A DNA stretch of 32,067 nt, taken from the NCBI GenBank assembly GCA_051941275.1, contig JAVEBF010000087.1:1-32067 (forward strand), in the 5' to 3' direction. Position 1 is the first letter of the stretch; the number at the start of each line of letters is the position of its first letter. The translations under genes were made by a program, and so were the position numbers. The stretch comes from Dirinaria sp. TL-2023a. Lineage: Eukaryota. The notes beneath the pieces are model-generated. The model worked only from the letters and a program-made list of their open reading frames with translations, did no database searches and was not told where the DNA came from. Below are positions 10,301 through 21,229 of this stretch, in pieces.

Positions 10301-13300
10301 ATGATCAGCTATGGAGCACGATACTTTGCTCTTGCGAGTCGGAAAGCAGAAGTTGATCTTTTGTGGCTGGCAGAAATGCGGAAAAAGGGCGCCACTATCA
10401 AGATATTTAAAATGGACGTCACTGACAAGGACTCGGTTCGTGCAATTCACGCTACAATCAGTGACACAATGCCACCAATAGGGGGCGTTTGCAATGGAGC
10501 TTTGATTCTCGAAGACAAGTTATTTGTTAACAACAGTGCTGATGCTATGAATAAATCGTTGGGCCCCAAAGTCACTGGCTCAAAGCATTTGGACGAGATC
10601 TTCGCTGACAACTCACTTGATTTTTTTGTCCTCTTCTCATCGACAGCCAGTGTCTTTGGTAATGCTGGGCAGTCGAATTACCACGCAGCTAATCTTTTCA
10701 TGACCAGCCTAGTGGCCCAACGCAGGTCGAAGGGGCTCGCTGCATCAGTGATGAGTATTGGCATGATTACCGATCTTGGAGTTGTCCAAAGAGCAGGTCA
10801 AATGCTTGAAGATCACTTGCGGAGGCTCTTCTTCCTACCGTTATCGGAATCGGATGTTCACTACTTATTTACGGAGGCTGTCTTGGCAAGTCCTCCAAAC
10901 TCGAATTGCAGCTCAGACATTATCATGGGCATTGAGCTGTTCAGGGGCAACGCCGAATCAAAGGTTAAGCCACCATGGTATATGAATCCACGCTTTTCTC
11001 ATCTCGTGCTCGGAAGCGACGATAGAGAAGAGCAAACACAAGTGGCATCATCAGCCTTGCCTGTCAAACAGCAATTAGAGAGTGCGGAGTCCGAACAGTC
11101 GGCGATAGCGATACTTCAAGACTCTTTCTCTTCGAAACTCAAGTCCATGTTGCAACTCACGTCGAGCGCCGTCAATGTCAATACGTCTCTACTCGAGCTC
11201 GGTTGCGATTCCTTACTTGCGGTTGAAATTAGAACGTGGTTCCTGAAAGAGATCCAAGTGGACATTCCGGTGCTCAAAATAATCGGCGGATCTTCCGTAG
11301 CCGAGATATGCCTTGATGCTACAAGAAAGTATATTGCATCCAAGCCATTTAATGCTCAAGAGGAACCCCCTGTCAACGAGGTTGCTCTGCAGAAGGAGAA
11401 TAATGTCCGGCAGGGGGCCTCTGACACCACTCAGCTCGACGAATCTGATAGCTCTCAAGTATCAGACTTAGATTCTCAGCTAAACGTCGAGGACGTCAAT
11501 TGGACATCGGCAATGACTACACCTAACAACGAACCTTTCGCGACACTAGGTTCGAAATTGGGTCCCTTGGGCGACGAGCAATTCAAGAGAGTGGAGAAGA
11601 TGTCTTATGCCCAGTCGAGAATGTGGTTTGTCGGTAAATTTATGAAAGATCCAACAGCATGTAAGTTTCCTCTTGCGAGCTTTTTTCATGGGTTCTCCTC
11701 CTGCGGCGGAGCTTGAGAGCTTTGGAATGTACTTTACCATTGTCCACTCTTGAGATGTGCCTTCCAACTCACAATTGTGCCCTTACAAAGAGATATACTA
11801 ATTGGGAAATTATGAAGTCAACGTTACCATTTCCTATAATATCACTGGCGAGTTACAACCACGATTATTTCACCGGGCTTTGGAAACGGTGGTTTCTCAC
11901 CATGAATCCTTACGGACATGCTACTTCTCAAAGCCGGACAATGGAGAACTCATGCAAGGAGTGTTGACAATACCACCAAGAGGCTACTTTAAGCATATCC
12001 AGACTGAAGAAGAAAAAGCAATCAAACGGGAGTTTGACTCCCTGAACAATAAAGTGTGGAAGCTAGAAGACGGACACTCTTTTGGAGTGACCTTAATTAC
12101 CCGAAAACCTGAATCGCACACACTTATGTTCGGCTATCACCACATACTTATGGATGGCTTTAGTTGGTACCTGTTCTTGCGGGATCTTAACCTTGCCTAT
12201 CAAATGAGGCCCCTGGAGCCTGTAATCAAAGAATACTCGGATTTCACCCTTGAGCAGACTCGTTCGGTGGAAGAAGGAGAGCTTGAAAATCAAATCGAGT
12301 TCTGGAAGAACGAATTTCAAGAAATACCGGGGCCTTTGCCACTGCTTCCCTTCGCTCGTGTCAAAAAGCGCAAGGCTTTAAAAACCTACGACTCCAACAC
12401 TGCAAGCGCTATTATTGGCAAGGACTTAGTGACCAAGATCAAGAATGCTGGCCAGGCGCTTCGGGTAACCCCCTTCCATTTCCACCTTACCGTGGTCCAA
12501 GCCTTACTTTCCAGCATCCTGGACGTCCAAGACATCTGTATCGGTGTCACTGATGCCAATCGTGCTGACGAGAGTACCGCAAACACAATTGGCTTCTTTT
12601 TGAATCTCCTGCCGTTACGCTTCCAAGTCAACAAGGATGATCTATTTTCCGACGTGCTCGAGAAGACTTCAAATAAGGTCTTTTCAGCCTTGGCTAACTC
12701 GAGCGTCCCCTTTGATTTGCTTCTTGACAGACTCAGCGTGCCCAGATCCTCCACCCACAGTCCCTTATTTCAGGTGGCGCTCAATTATCGCATGGGAGAT
12801 GTAGCCCAGACCATACTAGGGGATTGTCAACTTGACATGAATTCCTACGCTGATGCTAAAAGCCAATTCGATCTCGCTTTCAGCGTAACACAGACCGCAG
12901 AAGGTGGTAGTATGTTACACATTACCTCGCTCAGCCATCTCTATACGCTCGAATCGTCGACGTCGCTTATGAATATGTACGTCTCCTTGCTCGAGAGCTT
13001 TTCGGCAGATACATCCTTGCAAATTCGAGAAGGATCTCTTTTCGATTCCCTAGAAGCTGAGCAAACGATCAACATTGGTCGAGGTGCTCGACTCAGCTAC
13101 GGGCTTTCGGCCACGTTGTCGGAACGGTTCGACATTATCTCGGAGAAGTATCCGGGTGATATTGCCATCAAGGACAGCTTTGGAGAATGGAGTTATTCTC
13201 GTCTGGCTAAACGGGCCAACAGCATTGCGGCTGCCGTACTTGACAAAGGCGTTGTTGCAGGATCGAGGGTCGCTGTCGTATGTCAACCATCGATGGACAC

Positions 13301-16052
13301 TATTGCTTGTATGTTGGGAATCCTCCGCATCGGCTGCGTTTATGTGCCGCTAGATGTGAGCCTCCCACAAGCTCGGCATGCCGCCATCCTGGCTCCTTGC
13401 GAGCCAAGTTTGATACTCTGCCAAAATTCAAATCGGGACTCAGTTTCTGAACTGGCTAGCGCCAGGACAAATATAGTGAATATTTCTGAGCTGAGGGACG
13501 TCCAGGCTAAGAAGGTTCACAATAGAGCCCAGCCGAACTCGCCAGCGTTCTTATTGTACACGAGTGGATCAACCGGTACACCAAAAGGGATTCTTCTTTC
13601 ACAAGCCGGTTTTGCTAACTTCCTCGCTGCTAAAGCTGACATGCTCTCAAGAAATGACAAAGAAGTAGTTTTGCAACAAAGCTCTTACGGGTTCGACATG
13701 TCTATAACGCAAACGTTCTATGCTCTTGCGTTTGGGAATGGAGGAACCCTTGTAATACCGCCACAAACCGCCCGAGGTGATCCAATTGAGATTGCCAAAC
13801 TGATGCTCGAGGCAAAAGTCACCTTGACTATTGCTACACCTTCCGAATATCTCATGATACTAAGGTATGGCAGAGAATATCTTGATCAGTATCCGTCGTG
13901 GCGTCATGCATGCGCTGGGGGTGAGACCGTCACAAAGCAACTCAAGCGAGAACTTCGCCTGCTAAACCAACCCCAACTTACCCTCATTGACTTCTATGGG
14001 CCTACTGAAATTTCAGCTGCCGCTGCAATGGGCATAGTTTCAACGGACGCAGATGAGAGCAATGATAGTGACGCTTATACATCGGTTGGGAAGACTGCTG
14101 CTAATACTTCTATCTATATCCTGAATGAAGACAGCAACCCTGTTCCCATTGGGTATCCAGGAGAGATTTGTGTCGGTGGTGCTGGTGTTGCTATTGGCTA
14201 CTTAGATCTTCCGGGATTGAACAAGTCAAAATTTGTTCCGGACCGATTTGCAAGCCCTGAGGACGTCGCTAAAGGATGGACAAAAATGTATAAGACTGGC
14301 GATCGAGGCAAGCTCCAGCTCGACGGTTCTCTGGTTTTTATGGGCAGAATTGGCAATGATACTCAAATCAAACTCCGTGGTCTGCGGATCGAGCTAGACG
14401 ATGTCGCCAATACTTTACTTCAGGCTTCACAGGGATTACTTTTGGATGCTATCGTAACAGTACGCGGTGATCCTGAGTTCCTTGTTGCCCACGTCGTATT
14501 TGCGCCAGGAAAGAGTACGATCGACGATGAGCTACAACACCTTGTTCAGAACCTACCATTGCCACAGTACATGTGTCCGGCCATGATAGTCCCATTGGAG
14601 CGTCTGCCAACTACGCAAAATGGCAAGATCGACAGGAGAGCAGTTGAGGTACTTCCACTGCCAGCCCGGCAGTCATCCTTCCAAGCACATCAACCTCTTA
14701 CGCTTGAGCAAGGTGAACTCAAGTTGGTTTGGGCAAACGTGCTCAAGCAGCCGGTTGAATCTCTCAGGGCAGGTCCGGAGACCGACTTCTTCATGATTGG
14801 TGGAAATTCACTCTTACTCGCTAAATTACAAGGAGCAATCAAGGAACATATTGGAGTCTCTGTATCATTGAGAGAACTTTATGGACTGAGCACTTTGGCA
14901 AGAATGACGGCGCGAATTGCTGCAGGTCGAGATGAACGGGCTTTGCAAGAGACCTCGATTGACTGGCACTTCGAGACTGCCTTATCAGAGTCACTCTACG
15001 TCGGCAAGTCTCAGTCACAGCGCCAACGGAAATTCAAGTGCTCTAATCAAGAAGTCCTTCTTACCGGCTCCACCTCGTTCCTTGGCTCCTACATCCTCAC
15101 AGAACTAGTAAAAGACCACAGCGTCAGCAAGATCCACTGTATCGCTGTTCCGGAGGATCGAAGTAGCCTTCCACAATCAGATAAAATAACAGCATACACT
15201 GGGCGACTCCTAGAACCAAACCTCGGTCTTTCCGGAGCCCAATCTTCCATGCTCGAGCAAAACATCGACCTGATAATTCACGCCGGCGCGAACGGTCACT
15301 GCCTCAACAATTACTCCTCCCTTAAAGTACCAAACTTTGACTCAACCAAGTCGCTAGCCTCCCTCGCCCTCCCCCGTAAAATCCCCGTCCATTACATCTC
15401 CTCGAACCGCGTTACGCTCCTCTCCGGCTCAGCATCTCTGCCTCCCGTTTCAATGGCAGCCTACCCGCCAGCTACGGACGGGTCCGAAGGTTTCACCGCC
15501 ACTAAATGGGCCAGCGAGCGCTACCTCGAAAATGTGGCGCGAGAGACCGGGCTGCCGGTATGGGTGCACCGACCCTGTGCGGTCATAGGGGATAAGGCGC
15601 CCAGCGAAGATGCACTGAACGCGTTGCTCCGCTACTCGATCCTCATGCGCGCAGTACCCCGTTTCGAAAGCTTTGCGGGTTTCTTCGATTTCAAGGATGT
15701 TGGCGCCGTGGCGGGGGATATCGTTCGCGAAGCTGTCACCGAAAATCACTTTTCCTCTTCCTCTTCCTTCTCCTCCTCCTCATCCTCATCGAAGACTGAG
15801 CATGCATCCTCCCTGCGCTTCCTGCACCATTCCAGTGGGACAAAAGTGCCGGTGCATGGATTGGGGCAGTATATGGCGGAGTTGGAAGGCGCGGCCATTG
15901 ACACTATTGCATTGAAAGATTGGCTCGCCAAGGCGAGAGAATTGGGGATTGAGGATTTGATTGTCACGTATTTGGAAGCGATCGTTGAACGAGGGGATAC
16001 CATTACCTTTCCGTACTTGGGGGAGAGAGATGGTGGCGGGGAAAAGATATAG
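4379..16052 (+). CDS. Iterative HR-PKS-NRPS hybrid, ~3838 aa: KS-AT-DH-(inactive cMT)-KR-ACP-C-A-T-R*
   Basis: Exons 4379-11660 and 11818-16052; intron 11661-11817 (GTAAGT..ACTAAT..AAG, phase 1, restores DPTAFNVT). KS DTACSSS (Cys 4913), HGTGT, GHTEG; AT GHSSG (6323), AYHSHHM; DH HEFQGQTLFP (7322), HPAFLD; KR VGLTGDLG, GQSNYHAAN; ACP GCDSL (11201); C HHILMDG (12138); A YTSGSTGTPKG, YGPTE, YKTGD, NGKID; T GGNSL (14799); terminal SDR-like LLTGSTSFLG..FTATK. Confidence 0.97.
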
Positions 16053-17444
16053 ACTGTGGATTTCTGAAGGCGTTTTGGTTTCTTTTAGACTTGTGATATT
16101 CTTTGACACGAGGACACTAACGATGATGAACATAGACTGATCATTTTCAAACTTTCCTATCAGCTTCTATTGACTATCTCACTTGGCAGATTGAGACTGT
16201 GTCGTTTCTAGACGGTCTATTTGTCTTACAAGCAAAATTCCAATCTCTGGTTCAACTATGTAAATCTTGCGCAGTGATGGTGAGCCTCAGAAACTTACGC
16301 GAAGTTAGTGACGCATCTGCACTTTTCGACAAATGATGGCTAGTATCAGTACCAGTATCAGTATCGGAGAAACCTTCGAGATCTTGATGCGTTATGTATC
16401 TCTTTTTTGGGCACGTTCTAACAAGAATTTATACACTGACCTCTTCGAGCACTTCGTCAGTATGCTTATCTAGAAGTGCGTTCAATGCTTCACGGTTTTA
16501 GCATTGTCAACAGTCTTCAATTGGGTTTGGGTCTCATCGGCGCCAAAGACGACTACCTAGCAAAGCAGAAAATGCATCAAGAATACCACCCCTGACGTCA
16601 AGAATCTCCTCTATCTATGCGACTGATCCTTGGAGTTGGCGAGTAGGCAAACCAGTGCTTCCAAAAACGGGGTATGAATGCGACGTTGAAGCACTTGCGA
16701 AAATCAGAGGAGATGCTTAAGATGCTTGAGATACCCATCTCATATACAACGTGATATACACCCTAAACACAGTCAGCTATATCGGGGAGACTTATGGGTC
16801 ACTGAGTAGTGAGAACAAAAGGCTTATATACGCATACGAGATAGCAATGGCGTTGGCCTTAAGTGCACACCGGAATTAGCAGCAATGACCTCCGCGGCAT
16901 CACCTGAAGGAACAACAGGAACGTCGCTGTATGTATGCCCAGGCATCTAGACACTTTCTCCTAATCAAGCTACTAGTGGGCACTGCAATGCCGGCACGCG
17001 TCACCATGCATAGACTAACAAATACCGCAGCATCCCTCCATGTATAAAGTTGCAGTACGAGTCTTGGAAAAGCAAGTCACGTAATCATTTATTCCTTTAG
17101 GCTTTCGAATGTCTCAGGTTAGTGGATGGCACAGATTTGCGGTAACGCACTTTCTCCCAAGGTATGATCTGTTGTGCTGATGGATTTGATTGTGAGCACA
17201 ACATCATACTGAGTGAACGGCCACTAAAGAATTAGTCTACTCCTACTAACGTGCCTCATGATAAGACTAAGGGAGCTTCGCATTCTAGAAGCTCATCATA
17301 AAATCGCATATGTTCAGGACATCCTCGGCGGGGATCCTCGGTGTAGCAAAAGTCCCCACGTGCCTTGATCGAACTCCCGTTGCTGCATCGTCTTATATTT
17401 ACTTTAATAAAATCGTGCCCCCAGAAACGTCCGTTACACAAGGG

Positions 17445-17469
17445 TTTTTTTTTTTTTTAAAAAAAAAAA
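17445..17469. repeat. Adjacent T14-A11 homopolymer tract (self-complementary) 3 nt before the formyltransferase ATG
   Basis: ggg-T14(17445-17458)-A11(17459-17469)-gcg-ATG(17473). Confidence 0.85.
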
Positions 17470-17472
17470 GCG

Positions 17473-18375
17473 ATGAGTCCATCAAGCCAAAAAAAGCGAG
17501 CGATCCTCTTCACGCGACGGCCAGCTTCGGTCACTTCGCGAATCATCGACAGCCTCAACAAGCGAGGCTACGATGTCCCACTGCTCGTCTGCGCCCCAGG
17601 GCCCAACGGCTCCCTATCGCCCTCCTCAATCCCCAGTCTCGGCACCGTAATCAGCGGAGTCCTGGACGAGATCGACCACCCGCCCGCCATACTCTGCGTG
17701 TTTAACACCAAGCTCCTAGAACAAATCTACATCGGCCTGGATCCGGATCTGTCACTCGTGTACGGCTTCGCTTACCCGATCACCAAGAAGATGTTAAGCT
17801 GCCGCGCCCCCTTCGTGAATTACCATCCTGCGCCTCTTCCGCGTATGCGAGGTCCTGCTCCCTTTGCGCGCATGGTGCTCGATCACAGCATAGAACTGAT
17901 TGCCTCTTGGCACTATATGGTTGCGGAAGTGGACCACGGCCCTCTAATCCACACCTGTGACCTGACCGTGTCGTCGTGCGAGCGAGAGAAGCTCACGGGC
18001 GGGGATGTCGCGAAAGCGGGGGAAGATGTGTTTTTCGCTTCTTTCGATACCTGCCTCGACTTGGTCGAGAGCGGGTTTGCTGGTACGAAACAAGACCATA
18101 CTGATTCTGTAGGGTACGGTGGGACACTGCTGTCGGATGAAGAAAGGACGATTCGGGGTGATATGACCAAGGAAGAGGTTCTGCGCCTGCATCGAGCGTT
18201 GACAGGTACGACGCAGAAACCGCTACTTCAGTTCGATGGCCGCTTAAATCATGTGGTTCGAGTGTCTGAAGTTGAGGAAAATGGTCTTGCTTTGGGCTCG
18301 CAGAAGCGGGTTGGAGCTCATATCATCCAGTCGTTCTGGGGAGGGGCACTGAAAATGGGAATTCGAAATGTTTGA
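17473..18375 (+). CDS. Stand-alone N10-formyl-THF-dependent formyltransferase (FMT-like), 300 aa, intronless
   Basis: PDLSLVYGFAYPI; VNYHPAPLPRMRGPAP matches the NxHPSxLPxxRG motif (Asn 17818, His 17824); SWHYMVAEVDHGPLI matches TxHxxxxxxDxGP (Asp 17932). The Asn/His/Asp triad is intact. C-terminal EVLRLHRAL resembles the FMT C-terminal segment. Confidence 0.88.
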   Translation: MSPSSQKKRAILFTRRPASVTSRIIDSLNKRGYDVPLLVCAPGPNGSLSPSSIPSLGTVISGVLDEIDHPPAILCVFNTKLLEQIYIGLDPDLSLVYGFAYPITKKMLSCRAPFVNYHPAPLPRMRGPAPFARMVLDHSIELIASWHYMVAEVDHGPLIHTCDLTVSSCEREKLTGGDVAKAGEDVFFASFDTCLDLVESGFAGTKQDHTDSVGYGGTLLSDEERTIRGDMTKEEVLRLHRALTGTTQKPLLQFDGRLNHVVRVSEVEENGLALGSQKRVGAHIIQSFWGGALKMGIRNV

Positions 18376-19314
18376 AGATAGGTCTCCTCGGAAAAGCTAC
18401 CGATATGTCATCAGCAAGTTTCTCCCGAATGTCTATCCCCTCGAGTCCAAAGCAATTTAACGTCCTCCATAAATTTTTCAATTTTTTTTTTTGGCAGCAC
18501 ATTATAACAGAAATACTCCAAATAATCCCATCTCGCCCATTCAAATCCCGCACACAAGTGCGCCTTTTTAACCAAACAACCTAAATTGGGAGTGCGGCTT
18601 ACTAAGGTAAGATACTACACACTTTCCGCACAGGCGAATGCTCCTTTTCTCAAATTCCAACACTCCTCGAAGTCTATCCACCCCCCCCACCTTCCATCTC
18701 CCATCTCGCATCTCCAACCTAAATCTCCAATCCACAAAACATCAAACAATCCAAATCCCTGCTCACCATCCTTTACGCAAGTACTCGCGCCGCTGGAAAC
18801 GAATGGATATATTTCACCACGCTTCGAATCCGGTACTATCTTGCTGTAAGGTAAAACACCCCACGCCAACCTCCCCAATCCAAAATCCCCATTGGCCATC
18901 CTCAAAACCCAACAATCCCCTCACTCATGATCACCTCATTCATTATCTCCCCCCCTCTTCAAATCCCTCCCTGAAGCTAACCTGCAAAACTGAGAAACAA
19001 CGAGTACAGTAACACTAAACACCCTCAATCATTTACTCTTAGTTTCGAATATATCCTTTGACCATGCAGAGTCAACTCACAGTAATATTCCCTCCAAAAG
19101 CGCAATACCCTCATCTAACCTCCTCTTTTATCCCAATCATTCTTTTTCTATGAATTCTCAACTTTGAATGGGCGCTTTATGGGATTTGATCGTGTCTTTG
19201 GTTGAGAGTATCGAAATCGAAATGGAGAGGAGGGTTGCTGTTTTAAAGGGGGTTGCATAAGTAAAGTCATAGAGCGCCAGGGATTGGAGGTGGGTTCTTT
19301 CGAGGAGGAAGAGC

Positions 19315-19333
19315 TTTTTTTTTTTTTTTTTTT
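19315..19333. repeat. T19 homopolymer
   Basis: Read directly from the sequence. Confidence 0.85.
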
Positions 19334-21229
19334 GGTTTTAAATTTGGACTTTGGTGGGTATCAGGTTTGAGGACTTCAATCTCATACTTCCATTTCACGC
19401 TTCTCGATGCTATATCAGTTACGTTTTCCTCGTCTGTTTCATTTCCGCATCATCCCTCGTGAGATACCACTCAAGCCCAACAAACCTGAGATGAGAAGCA
19501 TCGAAATCATCTACAAATCGGACTTTTGCCCGCGTTACCAATGCCCCTGACGAATATGATCTCGACACATCTCTCGCAAACAAATAAGGTTTCAATAGAT
19601 CAAGAAATATATCATCCTTTAATCGATTTTGATAACTCTACAATATAACCCACCTCTCTGACATTCCGCCATTACGACAGGGACTACACCAAGATACTTG
19701 CAAGCGTAGTAAGGAGCGCGGGGATTGTGTACAGAAGTCTTTATTCTCCATGTCTTAGTTGTTTCTTTGGCAACTTTGAGGTTCCGAGTATCGGTGCGTA
19801 CATCCAAGTCTTTCAAGATTTTTGTGGGCAGAATATGCTGTGAATGCCATCATGGAGGCCGAAAGGGAAACGGTTTTGTACTATATTTTGCAGAATATGA
19901 ACGACATGACGGTGTGCATTACCTTATACTCACATTTCTCATCGTAAAATGTTTTTCTTCGCACATGGATCTCGAGGAGGGAAATTGTGTTGATCAATCT
20001 TCACAGGGATTTCGTCTGTGTGGGATCTGAAGAGCCGTGATTGGACCAGTGGCTCTTGATCTAGATCGGAGGATTAACTCTCCGAACACTTTCTATGTCC
20101 AAATGTGGGCTTAGAAGGAAGACTAGGCTTGCTCTTGGTGGCAGAGTGTATTAACACTTATGATTCACTGGAAATGCATGTTTCTCTCCTGGCGGTACCT
20201 CAGGCGGCATCGCAGAATTTCAGCTCAGAATTCTTCATGAAGGATCGACTGTAGTGCAAGGTGCAGCTATGGTTTCTGGATATTCCTGGAAATTCGGTTA
20301 ATGGCTGGGCAGAAATTCGTTCTGGATAGATCTTCTATAAGGCTTCACTCGTCACAATAGAAAGATATATCCTTTAATGAACTGCTGAATGTTATTCAAA
20401 TTCCATCTCCCTTCTCAATCAGAGCCATTTCTTGTGATTGAGCCATGTTGTGAACGGAGCAACTCAAGTCCGATTTTCCACGATCACGATCCATATATGC
20501 GGTTAACACAGCGAAATTCATTGTTCAGCAACACTTTCTTTAATGCATATAACCCGGCCCTTATCCTGATCTTCCGGCAACTAGGTGTCCGGTAGAGGAA
20601 CTCGTTGACGATTGATTCATCTTCTGAAATAGACAATCCCTGATCATTAGCTTCTCTCAATACTATAAAGTAACTCAGCTGGCTAGCCGACTCGCTTTCT
20701 GATATCACACGTTAGCTAGACATGTCCACCGCATGAGGCAAACCTTTCTTGTGAAATGCGCATTGTTTCGAGGAACCACAACGCTAGCCGAGCCGCGTTC
20801 TGATATCGTGACCTCGGTCAAGTTATCATCATACCAATCGGATGGACCTTCAGCCGACTCAATTCTGCTATCAGTCATCTTTCACGTGGCCCAGATCGCT
20901 GGTCCCTGGCTCTCGGATCCAATTTCCGAGGTATTTTTCAATAGAAAGACCAAGGTGTTGATGCTGCACAGCCGCTTAGAACAAAGAAAAAATGTGGGCC
21001 CACCCTTGACATAATAGAACAATGAAAATAGCGCGATTGCTAAGCGAGATTGCCTAGCACAAAGCATTTGTTCTTGAGTTCCCCTCTTGAACTTTCCTTT
21101 CTTCTTTCTTTTCTCTCACCAACCTACTGTACTCCCAGGATTCTGCTCGTCTTCGAAGCTTGTTTCTTGCCCTACCAACTTGCTTCTCGCTTTACCAGCT
21201 TGTTTCTCACCTCATCATCATTTACAGCC

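Noticed and set aside
11661..11817. PKS (4379-11716) and NRPS (11802-16052) as two genes or a frameshifted pseudogene
   Set aside because: A GTAAGT..ACTAAT..AAG intron joins them in phase and restores the C-domain start (MSYAQSRMWF..DPTAFNVT).
16300..16740. Possible small gene between the PKS-NRPS and the formyltransferase
   Set aside because: Only short protein-like pieces in different minus-strand frames; no consistent splice model or motif.
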